Source of the DNA: a virus
Direction: 5' to 3' (one strand)
DNA: 64,000 nt
Virus record (IMG/VR): IMGVR_UViG_3300013108_000622
Location: 9,064 to 73,063 of that record
Each line of letters opens with the position of its first letter. The first letter of the stretch is position 1. Below the pieces are notes generated by a model. It made no database searches and was not told where the DNA came from. It was given only the letters and a program-made list of their open reading frames with translations. Below, piece after piece: positions 9,227 to 19,636 of the stretch. Position numbers and translations under genes: made by a program.

Positions 9227-10504
9227 ATGTCAGTACCTATTTTAACGCCATCACAAACAACAAGCATTGTGGCCCTTCCTGCGACCGGAACACATTCTCA
9301 AGTTCATAACGGCTCCTTACCTTACGGAATATACCTAAACTCAACTGAATTTATTTCTGGTGCAGTGGATCAAGTATCCTTTACCTATAAAATGTTGGGT
9401 GGAGATGTTCTTGACATTGAATTAAGCTCCTCAAATGTTTATAGCTCTTATGAGTTAGCAGTTCTAGAATATTCATATATTGTTAACAATCATCAAGCGA
9501 AGAATGTCTTATCTAGTTTTTTAGGAGCAACCACAGGAACCTTTGATCAAGATGGAACTTTGCAGGACGGCATACTATCTTCTAGTTTAAGTGGTTCTTA
9601 TGCCTCTTTAAAGTTACCCAAATTCACATTTGAATACTCAAAGAAGGTTTCAGAAGGGCTTGCGGCAGAGGCTGCTCTGGGCGGAATAAGAATCTATTCC
9701 TCCTCTGTTGATTTACAAGATAACATTCAGGATTACGATCTTCAACATATTGTCCAATCCGCATCATTAGATTCAGGATTCGACTATAGTGGCAAAGTTA
9801 ATAACAAAAGAATAGCTATTCGAAGAGTGTATTATCGTTCACCCAATACGATGTGGCGATTTTATGGTTATTATGGCGGCTTGAATGTCGTAGGAAACTT
9901 ATACACTTATGGTCAATATTCAGACGACTCAACTTTCGAAATTGTTCCAGCGTGGCAAAACAAGTTGCAAGCCATGGCATTTGAAACAAGTCTTTATACC
10001 AGAGCTTCACATTATTCTTATGAAATAAGAGATAATAGAATGAGGGTTTATCCACCCCCTTCACTTCCTGGGACAGGTTCACCACGAAAAATTTGGTTCG
10101 AATTTTCAATCCCTGAAGATTCCTGGCAATCTGATAAAACTTTAAAAGATGGGACAGATGGTGTAAACAATTATAACACACTACCTTTTGCAAATATTCC
10201 ATATGCAAACATTAATAGCATGGGTAAGCAGTGGATCCGTAAATATGCCCTGGCAATCTCTAAAGAGATGCTCTCACAGGTAAGAGGAAAATTCGGAGCA
10301 GTACCAATCCCAGGAAATAGCGTAACTCTGAATTCTACTGAGCTGGCAGCACAAGCAAAAGAAGAGCAGAATAATTTAAAAGAAGAATTAAAAACATTGT
10401 TGGATGACCTAACTTACGACACCTTGGTGGAAAAAGACGCTAAAATGTCTGAAGATGCAAATAGAATTAATGTTGTAATACCGATGGGCGTATATATAGG
10501 ATAA
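9227..10504 (+). CDS. neck/head-tail adaptor protein (gp13-like)
   Basis: LGGDVLDIEL, WIRKYALAISKEML..VRGKF; follows the capsid gene. Confidence 0.75.
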   Translation: MSVPILTPSQTTSIVALPATGTHSQVHNGSLPYGIYLNSTEFISGAVDQVSFTYKMLGGDVLDIELSSSNVYSSYELAVLEYSYIVNNHQAKNVLSSFLGATTGTFDQDGTLQDGILSSSLSGSYASLKLPKFTFEYSKKVSEGLAAEAALGGIRIYSSSVDLQDNIQDYDLQHIVQSASLDSGFDYSGKVNNKRIAIRRVYYRSPNTMWRFYGYYGGLNVVGNLYTYGQYSDDSTFEIVPAWQNKLQAMAFETSLYTRASHYSYEIRDNRMRVYPPPSLPGTGSPRKIWFEFSIPEDSWQSDKTLKDGTDGVNNYNTLPFANIPYANINSMGKQWIRKYALAISKEMLSQVRGKFGAVPIPGNSVTLNSTELAAQAKEEQNNLKEELKTLLDDLTYDTLVEKDAKMSEDANRINVVIPMGVYIG

Positions 10505-10517
10505 GGGGGTATGTAGA

Positions 10518-11012
10518 ATGTCAGATGATGACAACAAGTGGAACAGGCCAACAAACCCACCAGCGCCTCTCTTTTTTAATAAAAAAGAAAGAGATTTGGT
10601 CAAACAAGTTAATGATGAGTTAATTGAGCGAGTTTTAGGGCAAACGATTCTTTACTATCCGATTAGTAATACTCATACTGAGTTTCACCCATTATATGGT
10701 GAAGCAATCGAAAAAAACTTTTTACCTCCGATTAGAGTGTATGTGTTGGTAGATTGGAACGGAACCGACACAACAGCAACTAGCTATGGGATTGATAGAA
10801 TGTATAATTTAACCTGTCATTTCCACAAACGCAGATTAACTGAGGATCAGGATTTGTTTGTTCGTGAAGGAGACTTTATTTTATATGGAGGCGATTATTA
10901 TGAGATTCTCTCAACTTCCGAAACTACACAAATCTTTGGTCAAGTAGACAACCAGTTAGAGATATCTGCAAAATGTACAAGAGCAAGACAAGGGCTTTTT
11001 GATGGGACATAA
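10518..11012 (+). CDS. neck/head closure protein (gp14-like)
   Basis: GQTILYY..LYGEAIEK..F..P..; EGDFI; synteny. Confidence 0.65.
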   Translation: MSDDDNKWNRPTNPPAPLFFNKKERDLVKQVNDELIERVLGQTILYYPISNTHTEFHPLYGEAIEKNFLPPIRVYVLVDWNGTDTTATSYGIDRMYNLTCHFHKRRLTEDQDLFVREGDFILYGGDYYEILSTSETTQIFGQVDNQLEISAKCTRARQGLFDGT

Positions 11013-11014
11013 AA

Positions 11015-12001
11015 ATGAGCAAAGAAGACGAAGTTAAAGAGATGCTCGCCGAGCGCCGCAAAGCTGGTAAGAAAGCACGTAAAAATAAAGAAACTGGATT
11101 ACCTTCCAAAATACCCGGCGAATCTTTAGAGCCTGACAAAGATTTAAAAGTTATGGAACAAATTGTGGGTTTTGAGCCATCAACTTTTGAAACTATGGAC
11201 TATGCAATGTTCGAGTGGTTGAATAATGAGGTTAACGTATTTTGTACCACCAACAAGGGTTGGAAAAAGACCCCTATCGTATGGGTGGCCGGAGAACGCT
11301 CTTGGCAGGTTAAAAACCACAAAGATTTAAGAGATTCTGACGGTGCTTTGATATTTCCTATCATAACCCTAGAGCGTGGCCCGTTCTCAAAAGATCTTCA
11401 AAAAAAGGGTGCTTTTTACGGCAATATATTTCCCGTCAAAGACAAACAGGGCGGCTCAATAACGGTGGCAAGAAAGTTATATCAAGATAAAACTTCGAAC
11501 TTTGCCAATGCTGATGCAAGACGCCGCAGTACACAACCAGACGATCCTAGTACCGCAAACTTAATTCGTGGTCCACTGACAAATAATAAAAAGGTAGTAT
11601 ATCAGACAATTTCAATCCCAATGCCATCTTATGTTGATGTAACTTATAATATAAGCATCAGAACAGAATATCAACAACAGATGAACGAAGCAACTCAGCC
11701 ATTTGCGACTTATACTGGCGGAATAAACTATTTTACAGTAACAAGGGACGGGCATACATACGAAGCTTTCATTCAGTCAAACTTTGATAGCACTAACGAT
11801 GTAAACGATATGAAAGATGAGACAAGAATATATGAAACAAAAATACAAGTAAAACTATTAGGATATTTGGTGGGTGCTGACAAGAACAGTAAACAACCAC
11901 ATATAGCTGTTAGAGAAAATGCAGTCGAGGTTAAGGTGCCTCGGGAACATGTTATTGTTGGGGATAAAAACCCTTGGAAGGGTGGAAAGTACCGTCCCTA
12001 A
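11015..12001 (+). CDS. tail terminator/completion protein (gp15-like)
   Basis: PIITLER...PSYVDVTYNISI.T...QMN; precedes the sheath gene. Confidence 0.55.
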   Translation: MSKEDEVKEMLAERRKAGKKARKNKETGLPSKIPGESLEPDKDLKVMEQIVGFEPSTFETMDYAMFEWLNNEVNVFCTTNKGWKKTPIVWVAGERSWQVKNHKDLRDSDGALIFPIITLERGPFSKDLQKKGAFYGNIFPVKDKQGGSITVARKLYQDKTSNFANADARRRSTQPDDPSTANLIRGPLTNNKKVVYQTISIPMPSYVDVTYNISIRTEYQQQMNEATQPFATYTGGINYFTVTRDGHTYEAFIQSNFDSTNDVNDMKDETRIYETKIQVKLLGYLVGADKNSKQPHIAVRENAVEVKVPREHVIVGDKNPWKGGKYRP

Positions 12002-12075
12002 AGTTTCATTAGGCTTTTTGGCCTATAAGATACTATTTATTAATGACTTTAAAGACCTTTGAGGAGAACACACAA

Positions 12076-15012
12076 ATGCCAGCAAATAAATTTAGATTTA
12101 TATCACCAGGTATTCAATTTCGCGAAATTGATGAATCAACAATACAAGAAACCCAAGGACCAATCGGCCCTGTTATTATCGGAAGATCGCAAAAAGGCCC
12201 AGGACTTGTTCCAACAAGGGTTGAAGACTATGACGAATTCGTAAGACTTTTTGGAGAACCACAACCAGGAACGGTATCAGGTGATATTTGGCGAAATGGT
12301 GGAGAGGGCCTCGCACCAACATATGGTGCTTATGCTGCTCAAGCATACCTAGAAAACAGCAATGGCTTAACTTTTGTTCGACTATTGGGAAGAGAGAATA
12401 AATACTCAACTACTGCCGGTAAAGCAGGTTGGTCCGTAGGATCAGGCTTCACGGGTAATGCTGGTGCAAAAGGCGGCGCATATGGACTCTTTCTAGTAGA
12501 GTCTGGCTCTACAAACGGCTCACAACAGGGCACATCCGTAAATACAACTGGTACACTCGCCGCCGTTTGGTATATGCAAGATGTGACCGCTGCTGCTTGG
12601 TTAAGACTATCCGGCGCACACGGTGGTACAAACCTCTCACCGACTGGTGCAAACGCCACCACACTTCTTAACGAAGAAGACAGCACATACACAATCGAGT
12701 ATGTCGAAGCGGGCGTAGTACAAAGAAAATATAACTTCGATTTTGATGAAGATAGTGGTAATTTTGCTAGAAAAGTTTTCAACACAAACCCAACGAAACT
12801 TAATTCTACATATTATGAAAATTCTGAAAACTTTTTTCTCGGAGAAACATTTGAAAGAAATGTAGCAGAAAAAGGATTGTCCGCACCAAGCTCCAAACAC
12901 ACTGTTTGGGGAGTGATGTTGGGCCTCCAGAACTCGTCTAATAAATATAACAATAACAAATCTTCCGCAGGCCCAGCTTCAACAAACTGGATTGTTTGCC
13001 AGGATCAGGGTGCATCTGGAAGTTTTGAACCATCGAAACTTACAAAACTCTTTAGGTTTAAATCTAGAGAGTTGGGAGACCATGCACAAAGAAACATAAA
13101 AATTTCTTTTGATGATATCCGTTACTCCCCAGATCCAGATTACAAATATGGCTCTTTTACCGTCCTTGTACGTGACATTAGAGATAGTGATAACTTTCCA
13201 AATGTTTTAGAGAGTTTTACAAATTGTAATTTAGATCCTGAGTCAACAAATTATGTTGCAAACAGGATTGGTAATGCTTTCTCAAGATGGGATGATGACG
13301 ACAAGAGATATCGCTACTATGGAGAGTATCCAAACCGTTCTCAATATATCACAATTGAGATGGCCGAAGATGTAGCTCTAGGTGCAGTTGCCCCAGAACT
13401 CTTGCCATTCGGCTATTTCGGTCCTCTACGACCTGTATCGTTTGGTGTAGCATCTGGTTCTATTTCACCTCTCAAACCTTGGATTGGGATGAGCGTTGGA
13501 AACAGCGACAATGCCAACACATCAGCAATGGTGTCAAACGCCTTGCCGGACACCTATGGTGGAATTAACTTTGTCTCTGGTGGACATGCCTTCGTGGGTG
13601 CTTTTGATTTCCCACGCTCTTATGTAAGACCAAACTCTACGATTGGAAATCTATCATCTAGAAATGATTGTTTTTGGGGTCTTGACACTTCAAGATCTGG
13701 CTCAAGTATTCGTTACTCTGAAGCTGTTGTAGACACACTAAGGGGTCTGCCAGACAATTATCGTTTGGGGGAAGATGGACCAACTCTGAGCCCGTCATCT
13801 GACGTGTCAGATTATCAATACATCTTCACCCTAGATGATGTAAGTCTTTACAGCTCCACAGACCATACAATTGGAAGCACATCTTCAGTAGATGCGTTTT
13901 ACTTGTCGGGCTCTAGAAAAGTCGGATATTCAGTATCTTCTACCGGATCCAATACTTACAAAAATACACTTGATGACGGATATAATAAGTTTACAGTGCC
14001 GATGTTTGGTGGGTTTAACGGCCTTGATATTACCGAGGTTGAACCTTTTAACAATAACTCAATTGGTTCGAACGCACAAGATTCGTATGAGTATAACTCA
14101 ATTATGAATGCGATTGATTCCGTAGCAGACCCAGAATCCGTAGATATGAACATCTTAAGCGTTCCAGGTGTTACAACCACTGGCTTGACTGATAGGGTTC
14201 TTGATGTAACAAGAGAGCGTGGTGATTCCTTGGGTGTTATTGATATTGTTGGTGGGTTCAAACCAAAGGCCGACCGCGCTGCGGCAACAACAAAAGATTA
14301 TGACGCATCTGCTCGCGGAAGTGTTGACACAACTGTGTCAAATATGAAGACACGACAAATCAATAATAGTTACGGAGCCGCTTATTATCCGTACATTAAA
14401 ATTAGAGATTCTAAATCTGGACGAGCATTCTTCGCGCCACCATCAATCGCGGCAATCGGAACATACTCTTTCTCGCAAACTTTGTCAGATGTCTGGTTCG
14501 CACCAGCTGGCTTTGTTCGCGGCGGTCTCTCTGACGGCGCAGCCGGTATTCCAGTAGTTGGAGTATCTGAGCGACTAAGCGCAAAAGAGCGTGATAAGTT
14601 GTATGAAGTTAATATTAACCCAATCGCATCGTTCCCATCAGAGGGTATCGTTGTCTTCGGCCAAAAAACACTTCAAGCGACACCAAGTGCATTGGATAGA
14701 GTAAATGTTAGAAGATTGTTGATTTATCTGAAGAAGGGTATTTCACTAATCTCCTCAACCATCTTATTCGATCCAAATATGGCAGTAACATGGGACAGAT
14801 TCAAGTCAGCAGTTGATCCATTCCTTGGAAATGTTAAATCAAGATTGGGGTTGATGGATTACAAGATTGTTCTTGACGAAACAACTACAACACCCGACTT
14901 AATTGACAGGAACATTATGTATGCCAAAATTTTCATTAAGCCAGCACGAGCAATAGAATACATTGCAATCGACTTCGTTGTTACCAACTCTGGAGCATCT
15001 TTTGCGGACTAA
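12076..15012 (+). CDS. tail sheath protein (gp18-like)
   Basis: FISPGIQFREID N-terminus; WFAPAGFVRG, INPI, GQKTLQ..SALDRVNVRRLL. Confidence 0.95.
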   Translation: MPANKFRFISPGIQFREIDESTIQETQGPIGPVIIGRSQKGPGLVPTRVEDYDEFVRLFGEPQPGTVSGDIWRNGGEGLAPTYGAYAAQAYLENSNGLTFVRLLGRENKYSTTAGKAGWSVGSGFTGNAGAKGGAYGLFLVESGSTNGSQQGTSVNTTGTLAAVWYMQDVTAAAWLRLSGAHGGTNLSPTGANATTLLNEEDSTYTIEYVEAGVVQRKYNFDFDEDSGNFARKVFNTNPTKLNSTYYENSENFFLGETFERNVAEKGLSAPSSKHTVWGVMLGLQNSSNKYNNNKSSAGPASTNWIVCQDQGASGSFEPSKLTKLFRFKSRELGDHAQRNIKISFDDIRYSPDPDYKYGSFTVLVRDIRDSDNFPNVLESFTNCNLDPESTNYVANRIGNAFSRWDDDDKRYRYYGEYPNRSQYITIEMAEDVALGAVAPELLPFGYFGPLRPVSFGVASGSISPLKPWIGMSVGNSDNANTSAMVSNALPDTYGGINFVSGGHAFVGAFDFPRSYVRPNSTIGNLSSRNDCFWGLDTSRSGSSIRYSEAVVDTLRGLPDNYRLGEDGPTLSPSSDVSDYQYIFTLDDVSLYSSTDHTIGSTSSVDAFYLSGSRKVGYSVSSTGSNTYKNTLDDGYNKFTVPMFGGFNGLDITEVEPFNNNSIGSNAQDSYEYNSIMNAIDSVADPESVDMNILSVPGVTTTGLTDRVLDVTRERGDSLGVIDIVGGFKPKADRAAATTKDYDASARGSVDTTVSNMKTRQINNSYGAAYYPYIKIRDSKSGRAFFAPPSIAAIGTYSFSQTLSDVWFAPAGFVRGGLSDGAAGIPVVGVSERLSAKERDKLYEVNINPIASFPSEGIVVFGQKTLQATPSALDRVNVRRLLIYLKKGISLISSTILFDPNMAVTWDRFKSAVDPFLGNVKSRLGLMDYKIVLDETTTTPDLIDRNIMYAKIFIKPARAIEYIAIDFVVTNSGASFAD

Positions 15013-15055
15013 ATTGAAATGAATAACTACTTAATTAAAGAAGAGGACATATAAC

Positions 15056-15619
15056 ATGGCAGCATTTTGGACAGACACAACAGTAGAACCGAAAAGGAAT
15101 TTTAAGTTTATCTTAAGCATCCCCGGTGGAACAGTCCCAGGAGGAATTCAAGAATTTTTAGTTCAAAAAGTGAGCAAACCTTCGATTGAAACCACTGCGA
15201 CTGAGCATACATTTTTGAATCATTATTTTTATTTTCCAGGCAAGAGTAAATGGTCAACAGTTCAAGCGACTTGCGTTGATTTAGTTCGACCTGCAAACGG
15301 AAATATGACTGCTACTATTATGAATATGATTGAGGCTTCCGGCTATTCTCGCCCAACTGCGATTGATTCTCAAAATCCAGCGAGTTTAAATACAATGTCA
15401 AAAGCGGGAGCGACCGCTGCGTTGGGGACTGTTAAAATCAAAACACTTGATTCTAAAGGCCAAACAGTTGAAGAATGGGTGTTGCATAACACTTTCGTTC
15501 AAAAAGCAGAGTGGAGCGAACTTGATTACGGTAATGAAGAACTGTCAACTTGCACACTAACACTTCAATACGATTTTGCCCACTTGGAAGTTGGTGGCAC
15601 TGAAATTCCACGTAGTTAA
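15056..15619 (+). CDS. tail tube protein (gp19-like)
   Basis: EPKRNFKF, WVLHNTF...LDY...LTLQYD; follows the sheath gene. Confidence 0.85.
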   Translation: MAAFWTDTTVEPKRNFKFILSIPGGTVPGGIQEFLVQKVSKPSIETTATEHTFLNHYFYFPGKSKWSTVQATCVDLVRPANGNMTATIMNMIEASGYSRPTAIDSQNPASLNTMSKAGATAALGTVKIKTLDSKGQTVEEWVLHNTFVQKAEWSELDYGNEELSTCTLTLQYDFAHLEVGGTEIPRS

Positions 15620-15679
15620 TTAAACAACGTAGATATTTATGTTATAATAAGATTATCTTTATATAGATAAGAGGTATCG

Positions 15680-16507
15680 ATGCCAAGAAATAATAAGGAC
15701 CGAATGGGGGTTCAAGACGAAAACCCACCTTTGGTCGCAGAAACGAATTCAATTTTAAATTTTGTAGTTCCTACTGAATTTGTAGAATTACCAACAAAGG
15801 GTCTATTTTATCCCCCGGAACATCCATTACATAATGTCGAAAGTGTTGAAATCAAACACATGACAGCGAAAGAGACAGATATTTTATCTTCAAAAACACT
15901 TCTTAAAAAAGGTGTTGCAATTGATAGAATGCTTCAAAGTATTATTGTAGATAGTTCCATCCAAGTAGATGATCTTTACACTGGAGATAAGAATGCACTC
16001 ATCATAGCCGCAAGAACAAGCGGTTTTGGTGAAGAATACAGTGCTTCAATAACTTGTACAAACTGCTCAACAGTTTTTGAGCAAGAATTTAACCTTACAG
16101 AAGTAAGTGTTAAGCAAGTAGAGGACGATATAAAGTTTACAGATACGGGGACATTCTTCATTGAACTCCCACAAACCAAAGTAAATGTGGAGTGTAAGCT
16201 TCTCACCACTGAAGATGAGAAGCGATTGCTTGCATTACTGGAGAAGAGACAGAAGTTAAAACTTCCAGAATCTTCTTTGACAGATCAATATAAATCATTT
16301 ATAGTTTCGCTAAATGGCGTTACTGAAAGGAGTACGGTAGAAGAGTTTATTGACTTGATGCCAGCTCGCGATGCAAATTACTTGAGAAAAGAGTATGATA
16401 GAGCAAGACCAGATGTGGACTTAACCCACGTTTGTGATTGTGATAATTGTGGCGCGACTGTTCAAGTAAATATTCCTTTTACCGCCAACTTTTTTTGGCC
16501 TCAGTAG
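15680..16507 (+). CDS. baseplate hub assembly / tail chaperone (gp26-like)
   Basis: VELPTKGLFY, MTAKETDIL, two CxxC, C-terminal NFFWP. Confidence 0.8.
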   Translation: MPRNNKDRMGVQDENPPLVAETNSILNFVVPTEFVELPTKGLFYPPEHPLHNVESVEIKHMTAKETDILSSKTLLKKGVAIDRMLQSIIVDSSIQVDDLYTGDKNALIIAARTSGFGEEYSASITCTNCSTVFEQEFNLTEVSVKQVEDDIKFTDTGTFFIELPQTKVNVECKLLTTEDEKRLLALLEKRQKLKLPESSLTDQYKSFIVSLNGVTERSTVEEFIDLMPARDANYLRKEYDRARPDVDLTHVCDCDNCGATVQVNIPFTANFFWPQ

Positions 16508-16679
16508 TAAATATGCTGAGTCTGTTTATGAGGAAATATTTTATCTTAAACAATATGGTGGGTGGAGCTTTCTAGAAGCCTATAATTTGCCAATACGTAT
16601 CCGACAATGGTGGTTGCGGAGACTTATTAAGCAGTTAGAGCAGGAACAGGAAGCAGTGAAAAATGCTCATAAAAAGTAA
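16494..16679 (+). CDS. start-less ORF (gp51-like hub chaperone), probable frameshift extension of the upstream gene
   Basis: FGLSSKYAESVYEEIFYLKQYGGWSFLEAYNLPIRIRQWWLRRL..; no in-frame ATG; begins on the T7 run 16490-16496. Confidence 0.65.
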   Translation, partial: FGLSSKYAESVYEEIFYLKQYGGWSFLEAYNLPIRIRQWWLRRLIKQLEQEQEAVKNAHKK

Positions 16680-16685
16680 AAGATT

Positions 16686-16765
16686 GGAGTGGTGGCCGAT
16701 TGGAAGGTGGTAGTTTTTTAAATTATTGAGCGAAAGCTTTGGGGGTTCGATTCCTTCACACTCCG
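16686..16765 (+). tRNA. tRNA-like RNA: Ser-type body with UUU anticodon (atypical or pseudo-tRNA)
   Basis: Cloverleaf: GGAGTGG/ACACTCC acceptor, GCC/GGT D stem, GTAGT/ATTAT anticodon stem, GAGC-GAAA-GCTT variable arm, GGGGG-TTCGATT-CCTTC T arm, G73, no CCA. Confidence 0.75.
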
Positions 16766-16774
16766 TTTTTTTTC

Positions 16775-16800
16775 AAACCCCTTTATGGGGTTTTTTATTT
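16775..16800 (+). terminator. intrinsic terminator
   Basis: AAACCCC-tttat-GGGGTTT followed by T-rich tract. Confidence 0.7.
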
Positions 16801-16848
16801 TAATTAATAACTATTTACTTTAAATAATGTAAGTGGAGATACCATATC

Positions 16849-17160
16849 ATGTCCGAAGAAACTCTTGAATTAAATTTAAACTCAAAAACCAATATAGAAG
16901 AAGATTTATCAGTAAACCTTGATAAGGCAAATACAATCAAAGAGGTTGTAAAAGGTGCGCTAGGCTTTTCATCCAAACCTGTGTCCATAAAGGGCACCCA
17001 AGACCAGGTTGAGTCCTTAAAAGAGCTGTTGTTTGTGGAAAAACAGTTGATTGAATCAGATGGTCTATCCACAGAACAGATAGAAGAAATAAAACAACTT
17101 TTAGAAGAAAAAGTGAGCAAATTTCAAGAACAAACAGAGATAGAGTGGCCTCTTAGGTAA
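16849..17160 (+). CDS. hypothetical tail-region protein
   Basis: ORF with GGAG SD and upstream late motif. Confidence 0.6.
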   Translation: MSEETLELNLNSKTNIEEDLSVNLDKANTIKEVVKGALGFSSKPVSIKGTQDQVESLKELLFVEKQLIESDGLSTEQIEEIKQLLEEKVSKFQEQTEIEWPLR

Positions 17161-17166
17161 ACTTAG

Positions 17167-19632
17167 ATGGCAACACCGGAACAAGACATCGCTGAACAAA
17201 CCAAGATTCTAAAACAAATCTTGGCACAGTTAAAAAAAGGTGGTGGTACATCTGATGCTTCCGGTGGCACAAAAAGTGTTGGTGATGTCGAGCAGGCATC
17301 TGAAGACGTTGAAAAATTAAACGAGAATCTTGACCAAACTGAACAAAAAACAGATCAAATTGCAGATAATTTTAATGAATTAACAACCTCAATCGGAGAT
17401 ACAGCAGATGCAGTCAGCGGACTTGTTTCTGCTATGGCACCAGGATTTGGGTCATTTACCCCAGCTAGTATTCGTGATGTTGCTCTTGAGATGGACGCAC
17501 TTGAGGCTGAGTTAAACAAAGTTACTGGAACTGCTGGAAAACTAACTCCATTAATGTATGAGTTGGCTAATGCTAATAGGGAATTTGGTATTACTACAGC
17601 AATGTCACAACAGGCATTGGCATCTTTACAAAACAATATGACCCAGTTTTCAAGACTGTCAGATATTAGCAAGACAAAGGTCGGAAACTTAGCAGTTCAG
17701 ATGGAAAAACTTGGAATTAGTTATGATCAAACCGCCCAACTGCAAGACACTCTTGTAAAGGGTATGAGTATGTCTACTGAGGCGGCTATCAATACTCAAA
17801 GGGAGATAGCAAAAGTCGCAGGCTCCTTGGGTGTTGCTCCAGAGCGTATGGCACGTGACTTTCAGGCAGCAGCACCTCGACTTGCAGCATATGGTTCTCA
17901 AGCAGTTGATGTGTTTAAAAAATTAGCCGCACAATCAAAAGCTACAGGAATTGAAATGAGCAAGTTGTTGGTCGTCACTGAACAATTTGACACTTTTGAA
18001 GGCGCAGCTAAAGCTACAGCACAACTAAATGCAGTGCTAGGCACCACTTTAAATAGTGTAGACCTCCTAACGGCATCAGAAGGTGATAGAATCGAAATGA
18101 TCAAGCGTTCAATCGCCGCCACCGGGCAATCATTTGATTCAATGGGAAGATTTGAACGAAAAGCGATTGCTGCAACAATAGGGATTTCAGACATGGATGA
18201 GGCAGCCAGATTGTTTGGGACATCCCTGGGAGAATTGGAAGATCTAGAGGATGCAGTTGATCCACAAGTTTTAGCTCAGCAAGATTTGCAAAAAATGATG
18301 GCCTTGAGTACCTCGATGCAAGATCAGATGCTAGCCAAATTCGAACAAATGGCACAAGTTTTGGGTGGACCAGTACGAGAAGTGTTGAGTGATTTGCAAC
18401 GATGGTTTTCAACAGAGGGATTACAGCAGGTCGAGAGTTTTTTCAAAACAGTTTCTGAAGCGATCACGAATGTTCATCAACAATGGACAAGTTTTACAAA
18501 TTCGTTCCCACTAATGTCTGGAATAATTGGCACTGTAACGAAATCTATTATTACTTTCGGAATCCTTGGGACTGCAATATTTGCCACCACAAAAGGTTTG
18601 GGCGCTTTGGTGGTGGGCGTAAAAGGCATCAGTGGCGCACTAGTAGCCTTTGGTAAAGACGGCAAAGACGCCGCCGATGGTGTCGGAGAAGCTCTTGAAA
18701 AAACGGCAGAATCAGGTGCAAATGCAACAAAATCCTTTGGGCAGGGATTAGCTGATGCAATTAAAAAAGTAGGTCAAGCTGCCACAACAAACGCCAAGGG
18801 ATTGCTTGCATTTGGTGGGGCTGTGGCTTTGATTGGTGTCGGCGTTGGCGCTGCGGCGCTTGGGATGGCACAATTTGTTTTATCATTTTCTAAATTGAAA
18901 GCGGATCAGATCGGTGGGCTCGTGGCAGGGCTTGTTTTGTTTACGGCTACAATGGTCTCGTTAGGTATGGTCATGTCTACGGTAGGCACAGCAGCAGCCC
19001 CGGCAATGTTGGCATTCGGAGCAGCATTCTTAATGATTGGTGGTGCCATCGCCGCAGCCGCTGCCGGTTTTAGTTTGTTGACTGAATCCATAGCTGTGTT
19101 ATGGGCAACAATAATGGCAAATGATACTTCTGCTTTTACAGAAATGGCAGTTGGAATAACTGCATTGGCAGCGTCTATTGGTACTTTAACAGCTTCTCTT
19201 AGTATGCTTGGGCTAACAGCAATTCCAGGCTTACTTGGGTTAGCTACTTTAGTCAGTAGTTTAACGGCAATGTCCAATTCTATAAAAGATATGGACACTT
19301 CCAAGATTGCGGCTTTAAGTGATATGACTCTCTCAATTAGTCAGACCACTAGTGAACAATACAACGGACTGGGCACAGCTATGAAGAATTTTGGGACAGC
19401 AATAACTTCTGCCAACAGTGCTGGTGTAACAATACTACAACAAGCATCACAGCTTGTAAAAGAGATGGCCGCCATGAATGCTGGCGCAACACAAAAATCT
19501 GCTGCACAAACAAATACCACTACCACCACAACACAGGCACAAAAACCAGTTGAAGTAGTAATTAATATAGATGGGACAGAGTTTGTAAGACAGGTCGTAA
19601 TCCCTGGGTTAGACCGAGTTTATTCTCAATAG
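17167..19632 (+). CDS. tail tape measure protein
   Basis: 821 aa Ala/Gly-rich helical protein with hydrophobic C-terminal repeats, after tube and chaperone genes. Confidence 0.85.
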   Translation: MATPEQDIAEQTKILKQILAQLKKGGGTSDASGGTKSVGDVEQASEDVEKLNENLDQTEQKTDQIADNFNELTTSIGDTADAVSGLVSAMAPGFGSFTPASIRDVALEMDALEAELNKVTGTAGKLTPLMYELANANREFGITTAMSQQALASLQNNMTQFSRLSDISKTKVGNLAVQMEKLGISYDQTAQLQDTLVKGMSMSTEAAINTQREIAKVAGSLGVAPERMARDFQAAAPRLAAYGSQAVDVFKKLAAQSKATGIEMSKLLVVTEQFDTFEGAAKATAQLNAVLGTTLNSVDLLTASEGDRIEMIKRSIAATGQSFDSMGRFERKAIAATIGISDMDEAARLFGTSLGELEDLEDAVDPQVLAQQDLQKMMALSTSMQDQMLAKFEQMAQVLGGPVREVLSDLQRWFSTEGLQQVESFFKTVSEAITNVHQQWTSFTNSFPLMSGIIGTVTKSIITFGILGTAIFATTKGLGALVVGVKGISGALVAFGKDGKDAADGVGEALEKTAESGANATKSFGQGLADAIKKVGQAATTNAKGLLAFGGAVALIGVGVGAAALGMAQFVLSFSKLKADQIGGLVAGLVLFTATMVSLGMVMSTVGTAAAPAMLAFGAAFLMIGGAIAAAAAGFSLLTESIAVLWATIMANDTSAFTEMAVGITALAASIGTLTASLSMLGLTAIPGLLGLATLVSSLTAMSNSIKDMDTSKIAALSDMTLSISQTTSEQYNGLGTAMKNFGTAITSANSAGVTILQQASQLVKEMAAMNAGATQKSAAQTNTTTTTTQAQKPVEVVINIDGTEFVRQVVIPGLDRVYSQ

Positions 19633-19636
19633 TAAG

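Noticed and set aside
16505-16510. TAG-TAA tandem stops (also after the tape measure and ssb genes) as a sign of amber read-through
   Set aside because: Other TAG-ending genes (4783, 5222, 29068, 37600, 52777) lack a backup stop
16715-16722. Reading the tRNA anticodon as UUA (ochre suppressor)
   Set aside because: That register breaks the anticodon stem; the register that pairs all 5 bp gives UUU
12339-19529. Many antisense and alternate-frame ORFs of 60-150 aa in the ORF track
   Set aside because: They shadow well-supported genes, lack SD or motifs, and follow from codon bias
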